Origin: Octopus sinensis | Taxonomy: Eukaryota | DNA: 64,000 nucleotides | Reading direction: 5' to 3' | Assembly (NCBI RefSeq): GCF_006345805.1 | Contig: NC_042997.1 | Location: 59,954,001-60,018,000, forward strand | Part shown: piece by piece, positions 15,116 through 30,117 of the stretch | Layout of the letters: each line of letters starts with the position of its first letter | Numbering within the stretch: position 1 is the stretch's first letter | Translations under genes and position numbers: made by a program | Notes under the pieces: model-generated | Databases searched by the model: none | What the model was told of the DNA's origin: nothing | What the model saw: the letters and a program-made list of their open reading frames with translations, nothing else

Positions 15116-15520
15116 GGATCCCAAAAGACCTCCTGTATGGGGAACTGGCTACCGGCACAAGTGCACGAGGATGACCTAATCTTCATTTCAAGGACGTCTA
15201 TAAGAGGGATATGGAGCTGCTTGATCTGGACGTCCTGAGATGGGAGGAGGCTGCAAATGATTGCCACACTGGAGACATATACTGCAAAAGGGGAGGAAGC
15301 AAGTGGAAGAAAAACAGGAACTCGCCATCAAAGAAAAGCGCACTCGACGGAAGGAAAAATCAGTAGCGCCGGCAGAGAGCTCCTTCCAATGCAGCCGCTG
15401 TATGCGTGACTGCCATTCCCGTATGGACCTGTACAGCCACAACAGACGGTACACCACCATCAACACGATTTCTTCGGGCGCGATCCATGGCCTCTCGAGA
15501 CCGTCGGTTACTTGCTAAAT
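15115..15520 (+). pseudogene. RTE-clade LINE 3' end (post-RT region + C-terminal zinc-finger-like motif)
   Basis: PKRPLYGELATGTSARG*PNLHFKDVYKRDMELLDLDVLRWEEAAND...WRHILQKG...FQCSRCMRDCHSRMDLYSHNRR is typical of the RTE/BovB-like C-terminus. Confidence 0.85.
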
Positions 15521-18500
15521 ACTACTATGTTTAGGTAGTAAAAGAAATGCAGTCACTTGCAAATGCGTATGACTTGATATTGGTATGAAGTTTTCCTTTC
15601 TCTAGATAATAGAATTATCTGTCTTATCAAGAAGAAAACAATTTTTTTTCATCTCAGTGTTCTTTATTAGAGAAAAGAAAGAAACAAAAAATAAAAAAAA
15701 AACAGAAGAGAATAATGAAACAATAGTATAAAAATTAAAATACTCTCACCATCAGTAGGGATATTTCGGAAGACACTTACCTAGAATAACATAGAAAAGT
15801 AAACATTAGGTAATTAACGTCGCAGTTTTAAATAAAACACTATAAACAATTCAGTTAATCAAAATTAATTTCATGTTATCTTTTAAAAACAAAGGTAAAT
15901 GTACTCTTGACCTATTGGATGTGGCATTGATAAAGAATAAGGTTAGCATTCCCTAAGGACTCACGATCATGGGTTCAATTCCCGAGTTGGGCAGCGTATT
16001 GTGTTCTAAAGTAAGGCATTTCAGTTCTCTTTGTTCTTGTCTATTTCGCTAAAAATGAGCACCAGCCGAGTACAGGTGCGGTCTTCTCTCTCTTCTTCTG
16101 TTGGATGAAGAATGGCAGAACCGACAGGGTGTCTCTGTTTGCTTGCTATTACAGAGACACCCTAAAACATTTAGCGAAAAGCCCGGTACATGCTACTAAG
16201 TCAGACTAGCTTGGGAGTGACAGGTATACGTTTCTTTCTTTTCTTTGGACATATTTGCACCATTTTAACGACTTCTTACTCCAGAGGAATGACATTCGAG
16301 ATTTTATGAGAATGTCAAAATTTTTAGACATAATTCTGCCACTTTCCTTCTTTTTGCTTTAAAAGAAAATATCTAATATCAGTAATACATTCTTCCGATT
16401 TAAATACTGAGACACGGCCTCGTTATACTGGGTAGGTTTTATTCAATTTAATCGATGATCATTTAACTTCTTATGATGTTATGCACATGAACAGAGTTTC
16501 TAACATTGACGAACAAGAAATAAATCTCTAGATTTATCCTTAGCCCTATTATACTGCTCATTGCTCCAAATATTTATCCACCTATATCTCCTGCATCTTA
16601 CCTAGTATCCACCTTTACTTCAACGACCTTTCAATAATTATGAACCGCATGTCATGCTAACTTGCATAATCATTGTCGAAAAATAGCATTTCTTGTTATT
16701 TTATACACATCCTAACTAGGCTAGAATTTAGTACACGAAGCTGAAGTAATTTAGTTAAGTCATCACGAGTATGTATTTCATTCTAGTAACACTATACTTC
16801 AGAAGAAGATGACTTTAATGAGCCGAGACCTTTTCAGCACCTTCAGCTTTAAAAGAAACTCTATCTTTTAACTCCAACGTATACCAACCTAACACCTATT
16901 TATTATTACTTTATAAGGAAAATAATGTCAAAGATAAGAATATTACAGTTGCGTGAGTCAGAAAGGTACTGTTCTATTGGTGGAAAGATTATCTCAATGG
17001 CCTGTAAAGAGATACAATGAATAGTTACGGTCCATCACTGCAAGCACCAGGGGCATAGTAAACTATTTGACAGATGTTTTGTTTGACTACTGTAAAGATG
17101 AAAACAGTAACGGTAAACTGCCTCAGTGTTTTATCCTTATATATGAGATAATTTTTACGTGATTGGGCGAAATACACGAAATAACTGCTTGATCTCCTTC
17201 AAGTCAAAGCCTACAATTCTAGGTCAGAATAAAGGCATGATGGTCATGACTCAAATGCCCTTGACTATATGCTTCCTTGACTGGCTCTCTCGTTGTAAGT
17301 GTCCCTGTTTCAAAGCCATGGGAATATCGAGTTTGGTTCATTTAGTTTCCGGTTTTCGAGACCAAAAGTTATTTTCGTTCAAAGGGACAGTTCAGGATTG
17401 TGTAACGACCATCAACACTGACAGCTTGACTAGCATTGATCAAGTGACTTGGCTTTACCTAAGAATCCGAGCTGCTTGGGTATTCGACCTTTAGAGAGAT
17501 TATCACTTGCAGTAAAATACTTTATATTAGAGTATTGATTTATCATTGATGAAATATAAAGATAATTGTTAAATGAAAGAACATATTAATTATTTAATCG
17601 AATCTAGTATTTATTTTATTGACTAAGAATGGAAAGACAAAATTGAAGTCATTGAGATGTGAACTTAAAATGTAGTGAAATGAAACGAAATTCTGAAATG
17701 CCGACAGTTATCCTTTCTAAACACTGAACCAAGAACGAAATTTCTATGCGGTAGCTTGTCCTGCTACAAATAACAACAAAATTTCTTCAAATCACACTCA
17801 ACAGTCCTCAGAAAGGACGCATTGGACAATGTTGTGCTACATGAACAAAAACGAGCGGTCACAGCTGAAAAATCTTTGATCATTAGTTTCTTTAATAACA
17901 ACTAACATGGCTAATCAACAAAAACAACTGCGGCAGCATTTTGTAACTTTTCATTGGTTATAGGTAGCTGAGTATTGAACATATATGATTTTGCTTTAAA
18001 TGGTTGAATCAGAAGAGAAAGGCCAGTGTCCGTATTACTTTTAAGGGTTTTCCAGACTGATGAACGTAAGTTATCTCGAAGCAGGAGAACGGATCCGCAT
18101 GTTTGCAAACAATAAATTCCACTAAAGGAATGTAAGGACCAAGTGGTGGCGTTACATGAGGTAAACAGGTTAAGTTCATATTTTATAAATATATAAAGAT
18201 ATATCGTTGGATTACAAGCCTGGCTATATATCTAGTTCCATAGGTCGAATCACAACAACATCGACTTAGTAATTATTCCAAGAGTATAACGAAATTTATA
18301 TACAAAAGTATATAAATTACAGGCTAAGTAAAACTCGACACAGTCTTGATAAAACAACATCAAATCCATAGTAGAAAGAAAGAAGAATAGTGAAGTTACA
18401 CAGTCCAAACTGTATCACATTCAGCCGCATAGAGCAGATATTCAAAGTGAAAATAACTAGAATGTGAGAAGCAAACCTATTGCTTTAATTTCAGTATGAT

Positions 18501-19087
18501 CTTTCTGACCGTATTCTATTTCCAGTAACCCACTTTAGATTTTAGCGGTGTTTTCATCATTATTATTATAATTGCCTGTAATTAATCCGATCGTATTCAC
18601 CAACCGGTATATATTTCGCTGATGCTAAAAGAGCTCAATATATACGTACACATACATACAAATGATTATTTCTGTAGTGGAGAGTAACCTCAGAAGTTAA
18701 TTGAACACCTAAATTTTAAAGTTTGTAGCGGTTAGCAAATTTTTTTTTTCTTAAAAAGGAAAACTTTGATGTTACATACAAAATTCGAAGCCCTTGAATA
18801 ATTTCGTGTTTTGTATTTGAAAACAAATATGTTTTACATAATACAGCGAGTTCTCATTTTCCCCCGTTTGCAAATCTAAACGCAATGACGCATACATCCA
18901 TAAATATATGCATACACGCACAGTTGCGCGCACACACGTACATACACACGCATGCGCGCGCGCACACACACACAGAAAGAGAGAGAAAAGATAATGGGTT
19001 CAAAATCCTGCCGCAGTCACCGTTACTTGTCATCCACTTGTAGCTGATCGAACAACTGAGAACGAAACTCTGACCTAGATCCATTTA

Positions 19088-19143
<56 letters not shown>

Positions 19144-19185
19144 CTAATATATATCTTGAATTTATAATATAACAATCATTGATAA

Positions 19186-19372
19186 GACGGCGAGCAGGTA
19201 GAACCGTTAGCACGCCGGGTATAATGCTTAGAGGCATTTCGTTCATCTTTACGTTCTGAGCTCAAATTGCTTTTCGGGGTCGATAAAATAAGTACCGCTT
19301 AAGCACTGGGCTCCATGTAATCGACTAACTCCGCCCCCAAAATTGCTGGCATTGTACCATCATTTGAAACCA
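19186..19372 (+). mobile_element. tRNA-derived SINE family B
   Basis: aagacggcgagcaggtagaaccgttagcacgccggg...ttcggggtcgataaaataagtacc...cactggg. The central block resembles the Nin/Deu-type conserved SINE domain. Confidence 0.75.
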
Positions 19373-21199
19373 GTATAACAAACATTGATTTCTCAAATGA
19401 GCACAGTGAGCTATATATTTATAAAGAAACAGTATATTCGGTTCAGTTGGTCACACCATATTACTGATATTTATACCATTGATCTCGCACGGGAGAGGAA
19501 TGAATGATGGGATTTGAAAGCTAGACATAAAGGAACGAATTTAAGTATTTATATTCGTTTAATTCTTCTTACTGTTGGATGTATGTTTGCAACGAGTCTA
19601 TATTAGCACAACAAGATTTTATAACTCTTGCACAAGGACACATATTTGTAAGGAATAGATTATACTTGATTGAACTGATCAGTGTGAAGATTAAAGATTA
19701 AGTAAAAGACGATGGAATTAAACTCAGACATTAACGAGCCTGAGTATAATTGAGTACGGAGAGGATTTTGCTTTGGCTGTCTACCATTTCTGCTATTTCA
19801 TCGCCTTTCTGTTAACAAACATTTTATGAAGAACGAAAGTTACCACACAAGCAAACATTCTAACTACTAAAAACGTAACGTTAGAACGAGAAGTTTTAAT
19901 AATTGTAACTAATTTTCAACGTATTTGAAATATGTTCAGTATTGCTGCTTACTCTCTTGGTTATACTTAAATGTAACTGATAATATTGATTAATATCTGG
20001 TAGCAGCATCTGTAGTTGGTGAACATGAGATGCATCTCATAACGCCACTTATTGTCTACAAAAGTTTTGGACAGATTTCAAAATGAACTTAATTTTTGTG
20101 CAATTATTTCGTAAAATTATTTTTAAAATGATATCAGTCTAACCAGTTTACTGTTATTTAATACACAGGTCCCAAGGAGAGGCTCAGAGATTCTGCAAAC
20201 CGAGTTCTATTTCTTGTTAAAATTGCCTTATTCAATCTATCATTGCTATTGTAAAATGTACGAACGTGAATAGCGCTCAAAATTCAACACCTTAAAATAA
20301 ACAGGAATGGTTTCAAAAACGAAAAAAATACAATACCAGCTAGATTAATTATGGCTTATACAGGAAAAGGCACGAAGATCTTGATTTGCTAACTTTTCTT
20401 TTCTTTATTCTCGTTCCACTTTTTGCATCAACCTGTTTTGCAATTTTCTTCCCGTTCTCATGCTTTCTCACCGACCAGCATCTTGGTTTTCAAATAGGCC
20501 CTAACGATATGCAATGAGCCTGACAAATTGGTTGGAGACAAATGGCATGTTATATAATTTGCCAAATTATTCTATCTCTACAGCATGAAACTATTAGTAG
20601 CTCTTTTTAAGATTGTGCAATATATATATATGTACATAGTGTATGGGTGTGAGTGTGTGAGTGTATATAGTTTCTATGTAACAACGTGATAGGGCACCAT
20701 ATATTTTTGTGCAAAACGTCAAAGTGCTTAATACACAGTCACAGAGACCCATACTCGTATCCAAGAATCTGGACGACAAATTCACTGTCGTAGATGTTGA
20801 ACCAAAAGACAATAACAGCGTTGCACACCGCGTGTGATGTCACTGGCATTCTGTTTTCGATGTGTTTCCATGTTTTCTACAAATGTCTTTTGATACATGG
20901 GTTTTTAGCTATTGATATGATACTCAACATTCACTGGAAGGGCACCAACAGCTTACCTCGAGTTTGTAGTGCTCTTATATGAATATAAAAACTCAGAGAC
21001 ATAACATACGAGAAAAAATGAGTTTATTAAGTAACTGATACATGCAAAAAGTCCGTAAATATTTCAAGAACTTAATTGAACTATCCCTAGTTTAAGCTTT
21101 TTGCAAGTAACTTGATCTGAGATTGTTAATTGAGACTAAACTCATTGTATCTTGCTACAGTTATTATATCCATCAAAAGACATACAAACTGTTATACTC

Positions 21200-22420
21200 C
21201 CAGTGGTTTACACAAGCTACAATGCAGGAGTTTGGACAGAAAACCCGGCCTGCAATGCTTGGAGAAAACTACCTACACTTAAAACTGGATGATACTTGAC
21301 GATCATCATCCGAAACGCGAAGGTTTTTGTACATCGCCCAGCCAATAATCTTTCTCGCCACAAAACTGCAACTATTTGACGGAATCTTCATTTTCTACAC
21401 TCGACAATTATGATTGTGCTGTCAGAAGGCTCCCACATTTACAACAATCTTTACCTACAACCCACATTGCATATAAGGGTTAAATGTCATCGAAAATTAT
21501 ATATTTCTGTTTCACCGGACTTAACTTCCATCGTCACACATGCTCGCGCGCACATGCACACATACACACGCATTCACATCAAGTGCGAAAGTAACTCTGA
21601 TCGCTTCAAACCAATAAGGCCACGCACCTTCATAATGTTCCTTCCATAATTCAACAACATTGTGCCCAACAGCCCAGGCTTTCAATTTTCTCTCTACAGG
21701 AATACTTTCTCAATCTTTGGAATGATGCTGCTGTGTTTCCTATTTTGAGGACGGATATCTCTGCTATCCCTGGCTAACTGTTAGCCTATCACACTCAATT
21801 CACTCTCAGCATTTCAAAAGAGATGGAGATATCTAATAGTGATATCTTCTCTATCTTGTTACCTATCTCAGTCTTTAATGGCCACACTTTCCTATGTCAC
21901 TCATTTAAAGACCCACCACACAGATAAATTTGGTGAAAACACCGTTGTTGCCATCGACATCAGCAAAGAGCTCAACCGTGTCTATCACGTAAATCTGCTG
22001 TCAAATCTACTCGCCTGTGGGTTCTATTCGTATTTCATTACTTGTTTCTCCCATATCGTACTGTCAAAGTATATATGAAACTCTCTCTGGCTTACACTCT
22101 ATCAATTCAATCCCCACCGTTAGATTTCTGCCTCACGCACGCTTCCAATTACTTATTTTCCGTCAGCTCCAGCAGCACACTCTTTCAACGATTTCTTGAT
22201 GTCATCTTCTTCAACGCCCATCCTAACAGAAATAATATCACCCTTCTTTCTTCACATTCTGTACCTAAGTGTCATTGACACGTAATTTAGACTCGTCACG
22301 CTAAATGCAAAAAAAAAAAACCCTTCAAATACATTTGCCAATGAAGTCAAGACAATCTTGTCTCCTTTAACAGCAAAAAGACAGTTACTGCACATGCCAA
22401 GATAACATTATCGCTTCTCC
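21200..22420 (+). pseudogene. Degenerate LINE reverse transcriptase region
   Basis: TDKFGENTVVAIDISKELNRVYHVNLLSNLLACGFYS matches the RT motif (FGE...VALDISKAFDRVWH..LL.KL..G). Multiple frameshifts. Confidence 0.7.
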
Positions 22421-22469
22421 CTCTTTAACATGAACATCTCCAGCAGGATCCCTCATGATCGCTTCAACT

Positions 22470-22898
22470 GTTTGAAGCGATCTCTACGTTCTGAGTTCAA
22501 ATTCCACCGCGGTCCAATTTGCCCTTCATCCGTTTGAGATCGATAAAATAAGTACCACTTAAGCACTGGGATCGATGTAATCAATTTACCCACCTCTTCC
22601 AAAATTTTAGGTTTTGTGCTTGTCGAGAATATTATTATTATTGTTGTTGTTGTTGTTGTTATTATTTTTATTATTATTATTATTATTATTATTAGAAAGG
22701 CGGAGAGCAGAATCGTTAGCACTTCGGGCGAAATGCTTAGCGGTATTTCACCCATTCTGAGTTCAATTTCCCCAGAGGTCGACTTTGCATTTCATCCTTT
22801 CAGGGTCGATAACATAAGTACCAGTTGAACACTGGGGTCGATTTAACCGACTCATCCCCTCTCCCGAAATTTCTGCCCCTGTGGAAAAATTTGAAACC
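22470..22898 (+). mobile_element. Two adjacent SINE family B copies separated by (ATT/GTT)n
   Basis: acgttctgagttcaaattccacc...cgataaaataagtacc (22470-22620) and aggcggagagcagaatcgttagcac...gtcgactttgcatttcatcctttcagggtcgataacataagtacc (22696-22898). Confidence 0.8.
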
Positions 22899-23688
22899 AT
22901 TATTATCATTATTACTGAGTGAGAGAGCAGGGCATGCCATCAAAGTGACACTGGGGTAACGTATATGAATCCCACTATACCCATCATGACTACCCGTCTA
23001 ATAAGGATACACCAGGCTATGCATCACAACCATATGTAAAACTAGACCAGATACATGTTTATAAAAGACACACACACACATACACATACGCACGCACGCA
23101 TGCACACAACTAGAAGCGCGAGGTGAAGAGTCATTGTCATCATTAAAATTTCACGCACTCTGCTATATTTACATGGCAATTTTTTTACTTTGTAATAATA
23201 ATACATATTATCAAATATCAAAGTCTTTACTCTGATACTCTTAGAAATACAACTATAAAATAAATAGGAAAATCAAACAAAAGCAAAAACGAAAATAATA
23301 CAAAAACAAAAAAAAAATTTTTTTGAAATCAATGCCAGCAATTGGTTTTTATACACAGTAACAATAAAATTGTATTTATAGATACTTTTTAGGTATCAAT
23401 ATTCGCGATACTTTTGATATTTAAACTTGGAACAGTCACTATTGGGATTAATGTTTTTTTTCAGGACTAATAAACTTGTTTATTTTTACATATGTGAATT
23501 GTATCTACATATTTTGGCAGGGTATCAACAAAAAACATTTGCTTCTAACACAGAATTTCAATGCTCATTATTCACTGTCACAGATCTTTGTCAGAAATAA
23601 GGAATGCACAAAGATATATATGCCTCACCACTCACACATAACTTTCTGCGTGCGCGCGTAGCTGCCTGCCTGTCAGTCAGTCTGCCTA

Positions 23689-23743
<55 letters not shown>

Positions 23744-23904
23744 CTATCGATCTATCTATCTATCTATGTCTTATTATTCATAAAAAATGTATCATTGATT
23801 GAAGGGTCACTCAATACTTTTAAGTTGAATATCACATTTATGTATCTTGACTTCGAAGTCTCGGCTTCGTTGTCTTCATCAGAACTTCGAAGTAACTGTC
23901 TACC

Positions 23905-23971
<67 letters not shown>

Positions 23972-23972
<1 letters not shown>

Positions 23973-24859
23973 GTGGTCTGATCAATAAGTATCCGGACTG
24001 TTGCCATAGTAACGATGCTAAAATACGCACAGTGAAACCGCTTGACACAGTTTGACATTGAACTCTGTTGTGCATGGGCACTAAGTTTTAACGTTCTAGC
24101 TTGTTTCCATTGTTTATAGCAGTGCTTGGAAGAACTGTGTAGCGTGTGATCGTCGCATTGACTATAGCAGAGAAAGTTGAGCAGAGAATCTGCATCAAAT
24201 TTTGCCAAAAGCTTGGCGATACCTGCTCTGAAGCCTTCGCAAAGTTTTCAAAAAGTTTTCATCGTTCTCGACACAAGGAAGTTAGATCTTGTGCAACTGA
24301 AACCCGAGTGTCTTTTTGGTCGGCTGAAAGCAGTTTTGGCACAGACTTGGCAGACACGCGTCTCATACCCAAATCTTCAATGATAACAGACTGAACTGAA
24401 TCGTAACTAATCTACACATCTTCGGATAACTCACGGATGGTAATTCGACGATTTTCCATTACAGCTGCACGCACATTTGCAATGTTTTTCTCAGTTATGC
24501 TGGTTGCAAGTCTCCCAGAACGTTCGTCACTATAGAAATTTTTGCGGCCATCTTGGAAACGTTTGAACAACTCGTGCACTTGTGTTCATACACACCTCTC
24601 CATACACTTTCTGCAACTTTGCGTAGTCCTCTGAGCAGGTATCGCCATAGCAACTTTCTGTATCATGATCGATGCGACGATCACACGCTACACACATTAA
24701 TTCCAAGCACTCCTGTAAACAGCGGAAGCGAGCTAGAGCGTTAAAACTTACTGCGCATGCACAACAGAGTCCAAGGTCAATCTTTGCCAAGCGGCTTTAC
24801 TCTGCGTGCTTTAGCTTCCTTACTATGGCGACAGTCCGGATACTTATTGATCAACCTCG
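23972..24859. mobile_element. Non-autonomous mariner derivative made of two inverted 5' ends
   Basis: TIRs cgtggtctgatcaataagtatccggactgttgccatagtaa / ttactatggcgacagtccggatacttattgatcaacctcg, with TA at both ends. The + arm encodes EKVEQRICIKFCQKLGDTCSEA. The - arm encodes GDTCSEDYAKLQKVYGE..KRFQDGR..DERSGRLATS..ENRRITIREL..DLGMRRVSAKSVPKLL (mariner HTH region). Confidence 0.88.
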
Positions 24860-24903
24860 TATATATATGTCCGTCCGTTTGTCTGAGTCTATCTATCTAT
24901 CTG

Positions 24904-24979
<76 letters not shown>

Positions 24980-24991
24980 CATCTTTATTGC

Positions 24992-25187
24992 TTTCTTGTT
25001 TCAGTCATTGGATTGCAGCCATGCTGGAGCATCACCTTGAAGTGTTTAGTCGAATAAATCCTACTCTGTCCTCTTTTTAGATATTTCTTCGTAAGCCTGG
25101 TGCTTATTTTATCGGTCATTTTGCCGAACCATAAGGATATGAGGACGTAAACAAACCAACACTGGTTGTCATACGGTGGTGAAGGAT

Positions 25188-25224
<37 letters not shown>

Positions 25225-25375
25225 AATATATACATATATATGACGGGCTTCTTTCGGCTTATGCCTACCAAATCTATACAGAAAGTTTAGTCGGCCCATG
25301 CCTATAGTAGAAGACACTTACTCACGGTGCTACGTAGTGAGACTGAGCTCGGAGCCATGTAATTGGGAAGCTAAA
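24992..25375 (-). mobile_element. SINE family A, full length
   Basis: Family A tail and head motifs on the minus strand. Confidence 0.8.
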
Positions 25376-25405
25376 TTATCACCCAGTCACGTCACATATG
25401 CACAT

Positions 25406-25448
<43 letters not shown>

Positions 25449-26123
25449 ACACACACACACATACACACACGCACACACACACATCGTGGTGGATGAAATA
25501 AATATGATTCAAATACTGCGTTTGATTTCATTGAAATCGTTTGCTTTCCCTGAAACACTTTTTTGACTTGTGACCCTTCTCTTCCCAGAGAGTATTAAGC
25601 TGAAGGTGGGACGTGTTCTATAATAGCCTTGGTGAGATTGCCGAACAAAGTGCTTAAATATGATAGAAATTTATATTTGTTCCCGAAAAGAAACAAAATT
25701 TCTGTGATAAGCGTAGTTAGTTATACTTTGTACGTAAATAATTAGATTTCGGTATCAGCCAATTACGTCGATAATTAGTTGAATGCATTTCATTTATGAA
25801 TGTTTTTATATGATCAATTGCTATATTCTTTGGCTTGTTCTCATTAATGGGTTTACGGAGGAGGGTTTATTAATTCTGTGATTAATTATTTTGCATTAGA
25901 TTCTAGGCTCTCTCTGTAGATTTGTGGCATTTTAAAAGTTACATAATTGTACATTCACTACTGTGTTATTGATAAAACAATTCCTACAAATTAGTGAAGT
26001 GGACGATTAAACAAGTACTAAATCCATTAGTGAAGTAATTAATGATCACTCCGTTCTCTTTGTTGACTTTTCTCTTCATTAAACAATTATTCTAAAGCTT
26101 CAATATTATATGGTGAGTTTAAG

Positions 26124-26335
26124 GAGGCGAGCTGGCAGAATCGTTAGAACACTGGGCAAAATGCTTAGCAGCGTTTCGTCCATCTTTACGTCTTGAGTTC
26201 CAATTCCGCCGATGTCGATTTTGCCTTTCATCATCTCGGGATCGATAAAGTAAGTACCAGTTGAACACTGGGGTCAATTTAATCGACTTACCCTCTACCC
26301 CGAAATTATTGGCCTTGTGCCAAAATGTGAATTCA
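26124..26335 (+). mobile_element. SINE family B
   Basis: aggaggcgagctggcagaatcgttagaac...gtcgattttgcctttcatcatctcgggatcgataaag. Confidence 0.8.
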
Positions 26336-26984
26336 ATAGCATATGGCGAGTGCTGAACAACGGTCGTATCGCAGAATCAGTAGAGCAACGGGCAAAATGT
26401 TCTCTTCCATGTTCCCAAAGTCGATAAAATAAGTATCAAACAAACATTCAGCTCAATCTAATCCATTAGACCCCTGACCTACTTCAGATAACAGAAATCA
26501 TTAGTAGCGGAACCCCGTCAAACGAAAGCAAAGTTATCCACTAAAAGGATACCTTTGTAGTTCCCACTATACTTCGTCAGGTTGGCAGGTCATTTCATAA
26601 AAAGAACACATTACAGCTTTGATATTTATACCTTTTCAATCTAGATATAAAACTCCGGGTCCAGAAGGAGTGATATCGTTCAGTTATTGAATGTTTCAAA
26701 GAGTACAATTAACATAGAAAACATGAAATAAGTAGAAATGAGAATCGAAACCGGCTCGAAAAATTTCAGTTTAACCAGAGGTAACCTTTCCCAGTTTCTA
26801 TCAAACGCATATCACATGATGAAGCATTCCCTGGTGAACAAATTCCTTGATACGTTAATTTACTCATTTGTATTCTTGTAGCTGAAATATATGCATGTGT
26901 GTGTATGTGTGCGTGTGAGTGTCTGTCCATATACGTATGTACACATACATACATACATACATACATACATACATACATACATAC

Positions 26985-27069
<85 letters not shown>

Positions 27070-27617
27070 AAGTACTCACATATAAACACACATACACAAG
27101 CATATGTGTATACATGTATCTATGTATGGCTGTATGTGCATATGTTAGTATGTATGTATATACACACATATACTAATGAAAGGATGTAATCATCCAGTAA
27201 CCTATACTTCTGTAAATTAGAATTACATCGTTCAAAATATAAAATGTCAGGTATTTAACAAATCATTAGGGAACTTCCTTGTTTTTTTTTAAAATGTGCT
27301 TTCCATAACTAATTGCCTGTGCAGTAGCGCTAATTAGAGTAAAGTTGTTTATCACGTATTGTTGAAAACTGATATCCAACTCCAAGATAGCTATGGAATT
27401 CTAAGTAGTTTGCTTTTCTAACCAGTCATATGGTATCTTTCTTGAATCTGGCTTTGCTTTTCATGGGAGTTTGATTTGGGCCCAATACCGCTGAGAATGG
27501 TTATTTTCACTTAAAGAAATTATGTAATATGAACATACTTTCGTTGAGAGGAACAAGGTAAAAATATCAACACACACACACCCACACGCACGCACACACA
27601 CACACACACACACCACA

Positions 27618-27655
<38 letters not shown>

Positions 27656-28207
27656 TATGTGAGCACGTGAGCAGAAAAAAAAAAACGAAGGGAGGGGAAG
27701 CGAAAACTGAAGAAGCGAGCGAGTGACACGTAGAAGAAAATATTTCAGATAGAAGACAGTAGAACGTCTTGTAGAAAGCTGTAGGGAAGACGAGAGGGCG
27801 AGAAAGAAAGACTCGTGTAACAAGACAGATACTCACTTAAATAGCTAAGCTGTGAAAGGAAGAATGAAAATCACGTTGACAGATGAAGAGAGAGTTGTGG
27901 ATATAGAAATCTCAACAAGTAATGAAAAAGTTGGCGGTTGTCAACAAGTCGGTAATACTGCTGAACTTTATATAGGTTCCATTTGAATCGAATTTACATG
28001 AATGATAAACTTACTAAATGCATATAATATACCAAGATTCTTGATCGGAACTATATCATATCATTATATCAATTCATCTGAAAACCTCAAGTAATTTTAT
28101 AGCTTAGTAAATGAAATTTTATTTTGATACACTTGAGCGTATCTTATTTACTAAAGATTTATGTTGGTGTGAAATTGTCATTACGTTAATTAAAGTGAAT
28201 CTGATAT

Positions 28208-28288
<81 letters not shown>

Positions 28289-28361
28289 AGTTGTGGTGTC
28301 ACAGCATCTCCGTGGCGTTAAAGCCGAAAGAATTTGAAGAAATTAAAGAATATATAATATT

Positions 28362-28987
<626 letters not shown>

Positions 28988-29067
28988 TATATGTCTATAT
29001 ATAACTCACTCTGATTGCAATAATAAATCTCTGAACGAGATGTAAACAGTAACTGCTCGACAACGTA

Positions 29068-29310
29068 AAGTATACTAGCCATCTCAATATGGCTAACCAC
29101 TAAGGGTGGGTGTTACTGTAGCTTTTAGCCCCAGGAGATCATCGTCTCCAGCTGGCTTTAGGCACACTTTCTGATGACCTCTCTTTGCAAATACCATAAG
29201 TTCACAGAAAGTGTGCCTAAAGCCAGCTGGAGACGATGATCTCCTGGGGCTAAAAGCTAGAGTAACACCCACCCTTAGTGGTTAGCCATATTGAGATGGC
29301 TAGTATACTT
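29068..29310. repeat. Near-perfect palindrome: 106-bp arms, 31-bp spacer
   Basis: 29068-29173 versus the reverse complement of 29205-29310 shows one mismatch (tgtagc/tctagc). Confidence 0.95.
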
Positions 29311-30018
29311 CACTCTGATTGTTCTGATAAGAAAAAGAACTCCTGAATTTGTTGGCGAGATCCAGACCATGATTCACAACGATGCCTCCAAGTCAATTAG
29401 GTCCATCACCAGGGACATGCGACTATGTGAGTTTCTTATCTGGCAGGTAGTGGGTGAAGAGATTCGGTATTCCTCATACAAGATGAGAAAGGGCCAATTT
29501 TAATCCCAAGCCATCAAGGACGAAAGGGAAGACTGCACTACAAAGCTTTTGAACAAACTTAAACATCCCCTCCAACCAAATATGCTCGGGCTTTTCTCAG
29601 ACGAGAAAAACTTCTGCCAGGATCAGATGGTGAACACACAGAAAAACAGCCAGTCAACATCATGGTGTTTGGAATGATCTACAGTGATGGCGACGTTATG
29701 CCTCCATCTATCTTCCCACACGGCCTCAAACTCAACACGGAGGCCTACATCAAGTTCCTGGAGGAGGTTTGCTGGCATGGGTCAAGAGGGTGGGTACTGG
29801 AAGACCCTGTCTGGCAACAGGACTCTGCACCATGTCACACAAGAAGAAGAACCCAGTCATGGCTGTCAGACAATTTCTGCGACCACATCACCTCTAACAT
29901 CAGGCCACTTAACTCCCCAGACTGCAACCCCCTTGATTATAATGTGTAGTGGGGTGCTGTGGAGCGGGAGACCAACCAAACTCCTTGTAACACCAAAGAT
30001 GGACTGAAGGCAAGGATT
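29311..30018 (+). pseudogene. maT/DD37D (Bmmar1-like) Tc1/mariner transposase remnant
   Basis: KRTPEFVGEIQTMIHNDASKSIRSITRDM..YKMRKGQF..FSDEKNFCQD..MVFGMIYSDGDVMPP..QQDSAPCHT...NSPDCNPLDY. 37 residues lie between the 2nd and 3rd Asp. Frameshifted and 3'-truncated by (TA)n. Confidence 0.88.
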
Positions 30019-30025
30019 ATATATA

Positions 30026-30117
<92 letters not shown>

